Positions 9,120 through 16,079 of a stretch of 27,611 bases of DNA are shown in pieces. The notes beneath the pieces are model-generated. The model saw only the letters and a program-made list of their open reading frames with translations. It made no database searches and was not told the DNA's origin. How positions within the stretch are numbered: the stretch's first letter is position 1; each line of letters starts with the position of its first letter. Position numbers and translations under genes: made by a program. Location: the IMG/VR virus record IMGVR_UViG_3300027586_000039, positions 1-27,611 of that record. One strand, 5' to 3'. The DNA is from a virus (Duplodnaviria; Caudoviricetes).

Positions 9120-9182
9120 AGGTCACTTATTTGCTAGGCTCATTCGAACACTTGTTCGACTTATTTGCTAGGCTCATAACCT
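9120..9182 (-). ncRNA. Structured leader/sRNA element, copy 2
   Basis: AGGUUA/UGACCU outer stem; two identical UGAGCCUAGCAAAUAA repeats flanking an 18-nt hairpin. Confidence 0.5.
9144..9159. promoter_or_regulatory. LexA (SOS) box, actinobacterial/Gram-positive type
   Basis: Perfect TCGAAC-ACTT-GTTCGA. Confidence 0.75.
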
Positions 9183-9213
9183 TTTATCTCTATTTAATTT
9201 TTCTTATACTAGT

Positions 9214-9242
9214 ATAATAACACATCTACCCCTAAAAGTCAA
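9214..9242 (-). promoter_or_regulatory. SigA-type promoter
   Basis: TTGACT-N17-TATTAT. Confidence 0.6.
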
Positions 9243-9251
9243 GTCCTAGCA

Positions 9252-9302
9252 CGGCGTGTCGTGTGTGATGTTCATCACATCGGGACGTCGGGGTTATCCA
9301 CA
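9252..9302. promoter_or_regulatory. Regulatory cassette: GACAC motif, CRP site, GACGTC, DnaA box
   Basis: CGGCGTGTCG 9252, TGTGA-N6-TCACA 9264-9279, GACGTC 9284, TTATCCACA 9294-9302. Confidence 0.7.
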
Positions 9303-9358
9303 GGGGGTGTGTATAGAGGCCCCTATATGGGTACCCCTGTACAGGTACCCTATATGGC

Positions 9359-9475
9359 CTATGCCCCTAGGATGAAGCATAGGGCTACTGATATACCTAC
9401 GCCTATGAATGCTCCGATTATTCCGTAAGCAACATTCTCATCTAGGAAGTCTTGTAGTGCTGTAAATGGATTCAT
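9359..9475 (-). CDS. Small membrane protein (38 aa)
   Basis: MNPFTALQDFLDENVAYGIIGAFIGVGISVALCFILGA; GAAAGGGA SD; own promoter at 9526-9554. Confidence 0.7.
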   Translation of the reverse strand: MNPFTALQDFLDENVAYGIIGAFIGVGISVALCFILGA

Positions 9476-9525
9476 TGTAATCCCTTTCGTTTAGTAGTTA
9501 GTATTTCTAACTTCTTAATAATAGA

Positions 9526-9547
9526 ATACTATCACTATACCCCGACA
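9526..9547 (-). promoter_or_regulatory. PafBC/RecA-NDp-type promoter
   Basis: TGTCGG-N10-TAGTAT. Confidence 0.7.
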
Positions 9548-9739
9548 AATGCAAGCGACACACCCTGTATATATGTGTGTCCTTGATCACATAGGTACCC
9601 CTATATAGGCGTATACGCCCAAGACCAGTCATAGGCAGGGGGGCCTAAGACCAGTCATATTTGGCACGTCAAAATGTGGCGTACATCACATATGACCTAT
9701 ATCACAATGTCCGATTTATACCTTTTATACCCTACTAAA

Positions 9740-9761
9740 TGTCAGTGGTAGGTGCTATACT
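9740..9761 (+). promoter_or_regulatory. PafBC/RecA-NDp-type promoter
   Basis: TGTCAG-N10-TATACT, no canonical -35. Confidence 0.75.
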
Positions 9762-9812
9762 TACTAGTATAAAGAAAGTCAGAAAAGGTTTCTGAACTAG
9801 AAAGGAATTCAA

Positions 9813-9992
9813 ATGAATTCAAATGTAATAATCAAGTGTGTAGAACACACCCCTAATAAACCTGCTATCTCAAATGTAGCAGATGAGCAATTCACTTTTT
9901 GTGAAATTTGCGAAAATAACATTGAGCGTTGGTATAACGATACCGACCCTGAGCGTCTACCTATGTGGACAGATTGGAAAGTGTCAAAATAA
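9813..9992 (+). CDS. Hypothetical protein (59 aa, C..H / CEIC)
   Basis: GAAAGGA SD; manual translation. Confidence 0.7.
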   Translation: MNSNVIIKCVEHTPNKPAISNVADEQFTFCEICENNIERWYNDTDPERLPMWTDWKVSK

Positions 9993-10129
9993 TGACTAAA
10001 CTAATTTGTTGCTTTTGTGAAAAAGTCTATTCTAGCGAAACTAAATTTTGTAGTTTCTGTAATGAGTATAAAGGTCTAATGACCATAAAAGAATTTGACG
10101 AATACTACGGAGAAAGGATTTATTCATAA
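9992..10129 (+). CDS. Small zinc-ribbon-like protein (45 aa)
   Basis: CCFC...CSFC; TAATG coupling. Confidence 0.65.
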   Translation: MTKLICCFCEKVYSSETKFCSFCNEYKGLMTIKEFDEYYGERIYS

Positions 10130-10227
10130 TGAATTTCTATGAAACATTTTTTGTAAGTGGTAATGCACTATTCTGGTTTTCTATGATCTGTTTAGCAAGT
10201 GGATTTTATTTATTCGTAAAAGAATAA
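10129..10227 (+). CDS. Small membrane peptide (32 aa)
   Basis: GAAAGGA SD, TAATG coupling, hydrophobic. Confidence 0.55.
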   Translation: MNFYETFFVSGNALFWFSMICLASGFYLFVKE

Positions 10228-10251
10228 ATTTAATTCCCCTGCAAAAAATGG

Positions 10252-10360
10252 GACGTCGCCTGTGGATAACCTGTGGATAACCTATGTGATGTTTATCACA
10301 AAAATACTTTTCCGACACGCCCGAAAAACAGGTCAAAATGTCAGACCCCCCTGCTATAAT
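10252..10360 (+). promoter_or_regulatory. Regulatory cassette: GACGTC, 2 DnaA boxes, CRP site, GACAC, PafBC-type promoter
   Basis: GACGTC 10252; TGTGGATAA 10261 and 10272; TGTGA-N6-TCACA 10285; CGACACGC 10313; TGTCAG-N10-TATAAT 10339-10360. Confidence 0.8.
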
Positions 10361-10411
10361 TACAGTATAAAGAAAAAGAGGTAAAGAAATCCTCTAAAGA
10401 AAGGAGAACAA

Positions 10412-10636
10412 ATGTTCTCACTAAAATACAGGGTTGAGTATAATACTAACCCTAACTATCCTCTATCAAGAGAGTTTAGTACTACGACTCTAGTAGTACC
10501 TAGCGAAGTCTACGCTAACGAATACCTAGACTTAGTATCTCTTAGAGGTACTATCCTAGAAGTTTCTCTAACTGAGTTAGAAAACTACACACCTAGCAAT
10601 CGTCAGGTGTACGCTACTACTAGAAGTTGGGAGTAA
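10412..10636 (+). CDS. Hypothetical early protein
   Basis: GAAAGGAG SD; ORF track. Confidence 0.75.
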   Translation: MFSLKYRVEYNTNPNYPLSREFSTTTLVVPSEVYANEYLDLVSLRGTILEVSLTELENYTPSNRQVYATTRSWE

Positions 10637-10641
10637 TACTA

Positions 10642-10764
10642 ATGAAAGATTTCGTAGAAAAATTAGAATTAGAAACCTACTGGGAAAACCCAGCATTAGG
10701 AATTCACCCTGATTTAGCAAAAATGCTAGATGAGGCAATAAAGAAAGGTAGTTATACTAAATGA
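10642..10764 (+). CDS. Hypothetical protein (40 aa)
   Basis: GGGAG SD; MKDFVEKLELETYWENPALG... Confidence 0.6.
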   Translation: MKDFVEKLELETYWENPALGIHPDLAKMLDEAIKKGSYTK

Positions 10765-10925
10765 GTACTTTTGTACCAATCAAATCAGTATGCGGTGCGG
10801 TTAGCACTAGCATAGACATCTATGACCTTGACCTAAACCCTCACGGAGTTATCTGTTGCGATAACTGTAAGTCAATCATCTTATGCCGTAAGGCGTGGGA
10901 TTTCTTATACAAGAAAGGTAAATAA
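10761..10925 (+). CDS. Small Cys-rich protein (54 aa)
   Basis: GAAAGGT SD, ATGA overlap; CG...CCDNC. Confidence 0.65.
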   Translation: MSTFVPIKSVCGAVSTSIDIYDLDLNPHGVICCDNCKSIILCRKAWDFLYKKGK

Positions 10926-11053
10926 TGGCTGAATTTACAACATACGGACAAAACATAAAAAAAGAAAAAACACTTCAAGAAAAATTAGATATTGCTGCTA
11001 AAGAATTAGAGCCCGTACTATGGGAATTGCTAGACGAAATTGAAAACAAATAA
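10925..11053 (+). CDS. Hypothetical protein (42 aa)
   Basis: GAAAGGT SD, TAATG coupling. Confidence 0.6.
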   Translation: MAEFTTYGQNIKKEKTLQEKLDIAAKELEPVLWELLDEIENK

Positions 11054-11095
11054 ATAAAAACCAAGATCGCAGAAATAAAAACTCTGCGATTTTTG

Positions 11096-11180
11096 GACGT
11101 CCCGTGTGACGCAAATCACATAGAAAATGTCCGATTTGTGCGTGTCTAAACTTGACTTTTGAGGCTTGGTCTGCTATACT
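11096..11180 (+). promoter_or_regulatory. Regulatory cassette: GACGTC, CRP site, ATGTCCGATTT, GTGTC, SigA promoter
   Basis: GACGTC 11096; TGTGA-N6-TCACA 11105; ATGTCCGATTT 11127; TTGACT-N17-TATACT 11152-11180. Confidence 0.75.
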
Positions 11181-11214
11181 TCTAGGTATAGAAAAAAAAT
11201 AAATAATGGACAAA

Positions 11215-11282
11215 TTGGCTAATGAGCCTAAGCAAATAAATGTGATACAAATCACAGTGAGCCTTAGCGAATAAGTAGCCAA
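11215..11282 (+). ncRNA. Structured leader/sRNA element, copy 3
   Basis: UUGGCUA/UAGCCAA outer stem; two UGAGCCUWAGCRAAUAA repeats flanking an 18-nt hairpin that is a perfect CRP box. Confidence 0.5.
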
Positions 11283-11284
11283 AA

Positions 11285-11306
11285 TGTCAGCCCCTAATGG
11301 TAAGAT
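11285..11306 (+). promoter_or_regulatory. PafBC/RecA-NDp-type promoter
   Basis: TGTCAG-N10-TAAGAT. Confidence 0.7.
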
Positions 11307-11339
11307 AGTCTTATCAAACAAACGAAAGGAAGTCTAAAA

Positions 11340-11537
11340 ATGACTTACACTATAACACTAGAAACCTTTTCAGGTTCTACAAAAAAAATCAACCTTGCCT
11401 CTAAGGGTGCGGTTGCTCAATTCATCTCAACTTATCCAACTCAACTACCTGTTGGCGTTGCGGTAAAAATCGCTTGCGATACTCTCGGAATTAGTGGCAC
11501 ACTTCGTGGCACTCTTACACCCTCAAAATCAAACTAA
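11340..11537 (+). CDS. Hypothetical early protein
   Basis: GAAAGGA SD; ORF track. Confidence 0.75.
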   Translation: MTYTITLETFSGSTKKINLASKGAVAQFISTYPTQLPVGVAVKIACDTLGISGTLRGTLTPSKSN

Positions 11538-11557
11538 AGAATAGGAAATAAATAAAA

Positions 11558-11764
11558 ATGATAAAAGTACCTCACACTCTAAACTTCGTTACAGAATTTG
11601 ACGAAACACATCCAATCGCACAAAAATTTCTTCAACTAGACGAAATCTCACAAGTAAACCTTTTAGAGTCAATGCTAAAGGACCTACTAATTCCTGCGCT
11701 AAAGCCTGCCCTTGATGAAATAAACGCTAGAGGCTCATACGCAATTCTAAAGGTGGCAAACTAA
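11558..11764 (+). CDS. Hypothetical early protein
   Basis: ORF track; AGGA SD. Confidence 0.7.
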   Translation: MIKVPHTLNFVTEFDETHPIAQKFLQLDEISQVNLLESMLKDLLIPALKPALDEINARGSYAILKVAN

Positions 11765-11961
11765 TGATGACTCGTAAAGACTATGTTGCTACCGCAGAAA
11801 TTCTTAGCAACTATTTTGCTACATCTGTTTTTGATGAGCAAGGAGAAATGTTATTCGCTGATTTAGTGGATGAATTTTCTCTAATGTTTGAAACTGATAA
11901 TCCAAGATTTGACGCAACTAAATTTGCGCTTGCTTGCTATAAAGAATTGGTAGGTGCGTAA
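11764..11961 (+). CDS. Conserved-type small phage protein
   Basis: MTRKDY...A..L ... F..DNPRFD..KF..AC pattern seen in many phage early regions. Confidence 0.75.
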   Translation: MMTRKDYVATAEILSNYFATSVFDEQGEMLFADLVDEFSLMFETDNPRFDATKFALACYKELVGA

Positions 11962-12113
11962 TGATTTTAGATAATGGAACACTAATTGCAATTGTAATTG
12001 CACTAGGCGGATCACTAACAGTTATGTGTTTATTTTGGAAACAAAATATTGCACAACAAAAAGAAATTCGCAGACTTCAAGTTACTTTGAGAACTGAACG
12101 ACTTCTAAAATAA
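11961..12113 (+). CDS. Small membrane protein (50 aa)
   Basis: TM helix plus basic tail; TAATG coupling. Confidence 0.65.
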   Translation: MILDNGTLIAIVIALGGSLTVMCLFWKQNIAQQKEIRRLQVTLRTERLLK

Positions 12114-12121
12114 AATAAAAA

Positions 12122-12149
12122 AAATCCTGAGCAAGATTTAAAACTGCTC
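12122..12149 (+). ncRNA. H-type pseudoknot motif PK copy 1
   Basis: AAAUC/GAUUU stem, loop CUGAGCAA, AAAAC linker, UGCUC pairs with GAGCA. Confidence 0.7.
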
Positions 12150-12166
12150 CACACTCAAAATTTTGG

Positions 12167-12355
12167 GACGTCGGGGTCGGGCGTGTCGTCCACAGACTTA
12201 TCCACAGGGCTATTCGTGTGAGATTTATCACATAGGCTGAGCGTCTCACTATTTGGACTTACTCGCTAGTAACTTGATAAATTGTGTGTAATAGGCTAAA
12301 CTTACATAGTAAGAAAAATAAATAAAAGTAATTTGTCAGACCCTAATGGTAGGAT
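12167..12355 (+). promoter_or_regulatory. Regulatory cassette
   Basis: GACGTC 12167; GGCGTGTCG; TTATCCACA 12198; CRP box 12217; GTCTCACTATTTGGAC 12243; TTACT-N4-AGTAA 12259; TGTCAG-N10-TAGGAT 12334-12355. Confidence 0.75.
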
Positions 12356-12387
12356 AGATTTATCAACAAAAAGAAAGAGGTTGGCAA

Positions 12388-12594
12388 ATGTCAGCAAATG
12401 TCTACACAATAGAACACCTACTTGTAGGAAAAATGTATTTCTCACGCACCTTGCAGGGAGAAATTATTTCAGCAGAAAAACACCCTAACGCAGTTTGGTA
12501 TAAAGATTGCGAAAGTTATCTAGTGGAAGTACGCCCTAGTAATTTTGGAAAAGTTACTTGCCGTACAGTAGCAGTAAAGGTACAGGATAACTAA
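12388..12594 (+). CDS. Hypothetical early protein
   Basis: AGAGGT SD; ORF track. Confidence 0.75.
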   Translation: MSANVYTIEHLLVGKMYFSRTLQGEIISAEKHPNAVWYKDCESYLVEVRPSNFGKVTCRTVAVKVQDN

Positions 12595-12716
12595 TGGGAT
12601 ACATAGAGATTTTTAGAATTGACAATGAGGGTGCAGGTTGGATAGACTTGGACAATGCAACACCTAGCGAATTGCTAGATTTAGAAATTGGACTATTTCA
12701 GGAAGGCGCTATCTAA
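12594..12716 (+). CDS. Small acidic protein (40 aa)
   Basis: MGYIEIFRIDNEGAGWIDL...; TAATG coupling. Confidence 0.65.
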   Translation: MGYIEIFRIDNEGAGWIDLDNATPSELLDLEIGLFQEGAI

Positions 12717-12868
12717 TGGGAGTAATGAAAGAATTGCACTTAGAGATAACTACTTGCGACTTATGCTATGGCACAGGTTGGCTACACTTTGGCAATAGCG
12801 AGGACTACGATACAGAGTCTTGCGATTGCAACCCACACCAATTATTTATCACTAAGGAGAATAACTAA
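12716..12868 (+). CDS. Small zinc-binding protein (50 aa)
   Basis: CDLCYGTG...CDC motif; TAATG coupling. Confidence 0.7.
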   Translation: MGVMKELHLEITTCDLCYGTGWLHFGNSEDYDTESCDCNPHQLFITKENN

Positions 12869-13089
12869 TGAATAATGAATACCTATACTCAGTAACTACT
12901 ACTAACGATAGCAACACCAAGCCCGATTGGGTTGGTCGCTACTCAGACGCACTAAGTGCCGTTGAAGTTTATCAACGATTTATTGACCACGGATTTGCTA
13001 ATGAATTTCGTACAGTAAATTTATCAGAGCCGTCAGGCAAAATGCATACAAAAATTCTGTATCGCTCAGGAATTGTGGGAGGTAAATAA
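12868..13089 (+). CDS. Hypothetical early protein
   Basis: AAGGAG SD; ORF track. Confidence 0.75.
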   Translation: MNNEYLYSVTTTNDSNTKPDWVGRYSDALSAVEVYQRFIDHGFANEFRTVNLSEPSGKMHTKILYRSGIVGGK

Positions 13090-13236
13090 ATGAATGGCTA
13101 TGAATTTAGAACCGCACTTGCAAAAATTGCACCCGACTATGCAATAGATAAAGATAACTATGGGCAAATAATTATCTACACTAATCTAATGGAAACCGAT
13201 AATGATGAATACACAGAATGGAAAGAGGATAACTAA
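13090..13236 (+). CDS. Hypothetical protein (48 aa)
   Basis: GGAGGT SD; DNYGQIIIYTNL motif. Confidence 0.65.
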   Translation: MNGYEFRTALAKIAPDYAIDKDNYGQIIIYTNLMETDNDEYTEWKEDN

Positions 13237-13508
13237 TGGGATCAGTTACAGCGCTAGGAATACAGGACTCAGTATTGGATTTAGAAACTCAGATTGCTTA
13301 TCACTTACAGGGTAATCACTATCCACCAGTACCGCTATCTATGGTGCAACCTTGCATAGATGCTATTGATGCATACTATGATGAGGACTACGATAAATTT
13401 ATTGCTATGCCTGAAGGCGTATTCTATAAGGGAATGAGCCACGCACCAGCAAGAGCAATAATTGAACAACACCACTTGGAATTTTGGCTACCAGAGTGGG
13501 AGGACTAA
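13236..13508 (+). CDS. Conserved-type actinophage hypothetical protein
   Basis: HL..NHYPPVP...C..AI...HHL pattern. Confidence 0.75.
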   Translation: MGSVTALGIQDSVLDLETQIAYHLQGNHYPPVPLSMVQPCIDAIDAYYDEDYDKFIAMPEGVFYKGMSHAPARAIIEQHHLEFWLPEWED

Positions 13509-13530
13509 ATTGTCTGATACAATGATTGCT

Positions 13531-13752
13531 ATGGATTTAGTACACGCAGACAACCTAACACCCGACCAATTGATGATTGGTGATTTAGTAAAAATTGGTG
13601 AGGACATCGTTGAAATTATTTTTATTGAAAGTGATTCAACGGGAGATAACTACGACATACAAACCGAAAATGAATTTGGTGAAAAAGAAGTAACACAGTA
13701 TAGTTATACTGATTCAATTTCTCTCTATGTTTTTATAGAGCAAGAGGAATAA
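13531..13752 (+). CDS. Small acidic SH3/beta-barrel-like protein
   Basis: L.IGDLV motif; likely leaderless from TGATACAAT 13515-13523. Confidence 0.65.
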   Translation: MDLVHADNLTPDQLMIGDLVKIGEDIVEIIFIESDSTGDNYDIQTENEFGEKEVTQYSYTDSISLYVFIEQEE

Positions 13753-13781
13753 TTTTTATGCACTTCCCCGCATAAAAATGC

Positions 13782-13963
13782 GACGTCGCGTTCGGGTGTG
13801 TCTGGGGATAACCTGTGGATAACTTTAGTCTACTGACCAGTAACCCCTATATAATTTCTTTACGAGGGACTTTTTTATTTCCCAGATCCTGGGCGAAAAA
13901 ATTTTTTTGTGATTTTAATCACACGATTTAGATTTGACATTTTTATGAGATGTGTGTTAGTAT
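13782..13963 (+). promoter_or_regulatory. Regulatory cassette
   Basis: GACGTC 13782; DnaA boxes 13803 (1 mismatch) and 13814; TACT-N4-AGTA 13831; TTACGA-N12-TTTCCC 13860; CRP box 13908; TTGACA-N18-TAGTAT. Confidence 0.75.
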
Positions 13964-13969
13964 TACTAT

Positions 13970-14119
13970 ATGAAGAAGACAAATGAGGAACTACGCAGGC
14001 TTATGGAACTACGCCGTAGCAACGCTGCCTCTGCCGTACCTTCAAAGAAAGCCTACAACCGTAGGAAATGTCAGTCTGAACTGCTACAATTGAAGAAATA
14101 CAAAGGAGACCCACTATGA
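13970..14119 (+). CDS. Small basic protein (49 aa)
   Basis: Leaderless; MKKTNEELRRLMELRRSNAASAVPSKKAYNRRK... Confidence 0.65.
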   Translation: MKKTNEELRRLMELRRSNAASAVPSKKAYNRRKCQSELLQLKKYKGDPL

Positions 14120-14292
14120 CCTATGAAAACGATGAAATGCTAGATGAGTACTACGCAACCGTCTGCCCCTCTTGCCGTGAAAATGCGGTAGATGAGTATG
14201 AGGATAAATGTACTCATTGCTTGCTAGAAGAAATGTCTTATACCTATAATGAAGACATTGCTCTAGAAATGAGTCTTGGACTTGACTACTAA
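14116..14292 (+). CDS. Small acidic zinc-ribbon protein (58 aa)
   Basis: AAGGAG SD; CPSC...CTHC; internal TGTCAG-N10-TACAAT promoter at 14069-14090. Confidence 0.7.
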   Translation: MTYENDEMLDEYYATVCPSCRENAVDEYEDKCTHCLLEEMSYTYNEDIALEMSLGLDY

Positions 14293-15022
14293 TACCCTCA
14301 CACTAAAACTAAAACGCTCTAATGATAGAAAGGTCGCTAATCTTGTTACAAAAAATGGAAAGCAAGCCGCAATCGCAAATACCTTTGGCCTACCTGCTGG
14401 AAAGGCTTTCTCGTGCCCTGGTGCCACTAGTATTTGTGAAAGCGTTTGCTACGCAGGAAAACTTGAAAAACTCTTCAAGGGTGTAAAGGCTAACCTATTA
14501 CACAATTGGGACCTGCTTAAGGACGCAGATCAATTAACTATGGAGACATTGTTAACTGAGATGATTAACGAATTCCGTGCAGACTGTGTAAAGAAAGACG
14601 CCCCTATGCTATTCCGTATTCACTGGGACGGAGATTTCTTTAATGATATATATACTAACGCCTGGAAGAATGTAATCACTAACAATCCTGATATTCAATT
14701 CTGGGTATACACTCGTGTGAAGAGTGCTGCTCTTATTCTTAAGGATGTATCTAATCTATCATTGTACTTTTCTGCAGATAGTGAGAATGTAAAAGTAGCG
14801 GTTGATCTAAAAATAAATAGCGGTGTTCGAATGGCATACCTTGCCAAAAACTTTGCTATTGGCCAGGCAGATGTAAAAGAAATGATAGGTCGCCCTGCTG
14901 CTAAGTGTCCTGAAAACAATAGACAAATTCCACTTATCTCAACCAAGGGTAGCGCTTGCGTTTCTTGCAGTTTATGTGTATACTCTAAGAGTGATATCAT
15001 ATTCAGTGCGAGCAAAAAATAA
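14282..15022 (+). CDS. GP88-like protein (mycobacteriophage gp88 family; Cys-cluster, radical-SAM-like)
   Basis: FGLPAG..SCPGAT..C...CYA, FRIHWDGDFF, FWVYTR, LYFSAD, C-terminal CP..C..C..C. Confidence 0.75.
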   Translation: MTTNTLTLKLKRSNDRKVANLVTKNGKQAAIANTFGLPAGKAFSCPGATSICESVCYAGKLEKLFKGVKANLLHNWDLLKDADQLTMETLLTEMINEFRADCVKKDAPMLFRIHWDGDFFNDIYTNAWKNVITNNPDIQFWVYTRVKSAALILKDVSNLSLYFSADSENVKVAVDLKINSGVRMAYLAKNFAIGQADVKEMIGRPAAKCPENNRQIPLISTKGSACVSCSLCVYSKSDIIFSASKK

Positions 15023-15091
15023 ATGAGCCTTTGGTTTTATTTACTAATGATTTTAATAGTAATGATTTCTATGTTAGGTGGTAGTGGCTGA
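15023..15091 (+). CDS. Possible hydrophobic micropeptide (22 aa)
   Basis: MSLWFYLLMILIVMISMLGGSG directly after the preceding stop. Confidence 0.35.
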   Translation: MSLWFYLLMILIVMISMLGGSG

Positions 15092-15107
15092 TCCCCTGAA
15101 AAAACGG

Positions 15108-15306
15108 GACGTCGGCATCACCCCTATTTGTCAAGCCGACACGCAGGCTTTATGATGTGATGTTTATCACACCCCGATTTGTAGGCTTGATTTGTATTTC
15201 TGGTATTTTTCTGCTACAATTATCTTATGAACAAAAAAACCAACCTAGTCCAAGATGTGAGATTTTTCTGGCATAATTTGTATTTGTCAGTAGGAAATGC
15301 TATACT
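15108..15306 (+). promoter_or_regulatory. Regulatory cassette with tandem promoters
   Basis: GACGTC 15108; CGACACGC 15137; CRP box 15156; TTGTAT-N17-TACAAT; TGTCAG-N10-TATACT 15285-15306. Confidence 0.75.
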
Positions 15307-15337
15307 TGGATTATCAACAAACAAAAGGAGAAACAAA

Positions 15338-15505
15338 ATGACAGTAAATACCGCAACATACAAGGTGGGCGACCTCTACACTTCACAGAAGTCAAAGGTA
15401 ACAGGCACAATCTTGGAAATCGCACCTAACAAGACAGGCGACGCAGTTCGTGTAAAGTTAGATGTAAATGGTAACACACGCTGGACAACTTGGACAGCAA
15501 AGTAA
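15338..15505 (+). CDS. Small SH3/KOW-like protein (55 aa)
   Basis: AAGGAG SD; YKVGD...GTI.EI pattern. Confidence 0.75.
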   Translation: MTVNTATYKVGDLYTSQKSKVTGTILEIAPNKTGDAVRVKLDVNGNTRWTTWTAK

Positions 15506-15556
15506 TCTAATTACTAAGTCGCCAATGTACAGCGACTCTAAATAAGTGGCAGGAAC

Positions 15557-15584
15557 TATCCTGAGCAAGATACTAAAAGGCTCA
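15557..15584 (+). ncRNA. PK copy 2
   Basis: UAUC/GAUA, loop CUGAGCAA, GCUCA pairs with UGAGC. Confidence 0.65.
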
Positions 15585-15590
15585 ACACAA

Positions 15591-15612
15591 TGTCAGACCC
15601 CTCCGCTATAAT
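15591..15612 (+). promoter_or_regulatory. PafBC/RecA-NDp-type promoter
   Basis: TGTCAG-N10-TATAAT. Confidence 0.75.
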
Positions 15613-15647
15613 AGAAACATAACCCACAAATAGAAAAGGAAATAAAA

Positions 15648-16070
15648 ATGGCTAGAGCCAAAGCAATAAATGTAAAAATCCCAACAGTACGAGTAATCGC
15701 AGGACTAGAGGAAGCACTTGCTACCCTAGAAGCAGACTACGCAACACAATCAGCAAAAGAAGCAAAGTACGAAATTGCTAAGAAGGCTTGGCAAAAAGAA
15801 GTTCAGGACTTCGCTATCGCAAACATCAGCAAGGCAGAAAACTTCCGCACTAACTTCCGTGCTTGGTCAAACAATCTCAACATTGACTTTGACTTGACAG
15901 TATTAGAAAAGGACTTGCCTAAAGAGCCTGAGCAGGACTACGAAGTAATCCATCAGCACACTTATCGTGAGTCAAAGAAAGAAATCACAAACGCAATTCG
16001 TCTGCTAAAGATGACAGATGAGGAAGTCGTTAGCACTTCTACTTACAACGCAATCGCACAGTATCTCTAA
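15648..16070 (+). CDS. Hypothetical helical protein (140 aa)
   Basis: GAAAAGGA SD; ORF track. Confidence 0.85.
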   Translation: MARAKAINVKIPTVRVIAGLEEALATLEADYATQSAKEAKYEIAKKAWQKEVQDFAIANISKAENFRTNFRAWSNNLNIDFDLTVLEKDLPKEPEQDYEVIHQHTYRESKKEITNAIRLLKMTDEEVVSTSTYNAIAQYL

Positions 16071-16079
16071 TTAGATACA

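Noticed and set aside
9127-9176. Repeat-spacer-repeat resembling a mini-CRISPR
   Set aside because: Repeats are only 16 bp, the spacer is 18 bp and self-complementary, there are two repeats per locus, and no cas genes are in the window
11219-11274. Hammerhead-like CUAAUGA-stem-RAA
   Set aside because: Lacks the invariant CUGANGA and GAAA core and a properly placed NUH site
12122-12149. preQ1-I riboswitch or readthrough signal as the identity of the PK motif
   Set aside because: Loop sequence differs from the preQ1-I consensus, copies are 3' of genes, and distance from stop codons varies
12389-12410. TGTCAG-N10-CACAAT at the start of a gene
   Set aside because: The -10 lacks the first T and the site overlaps the start codon; not counted among the PafBC-type promoters
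15227-15337. N-terminal extension of the 15338 gene
   Set aside because: Spans a promoter and operator-like motif, and there is a strong SD at 15338; a leaderless long isoform cannot be fully excluded
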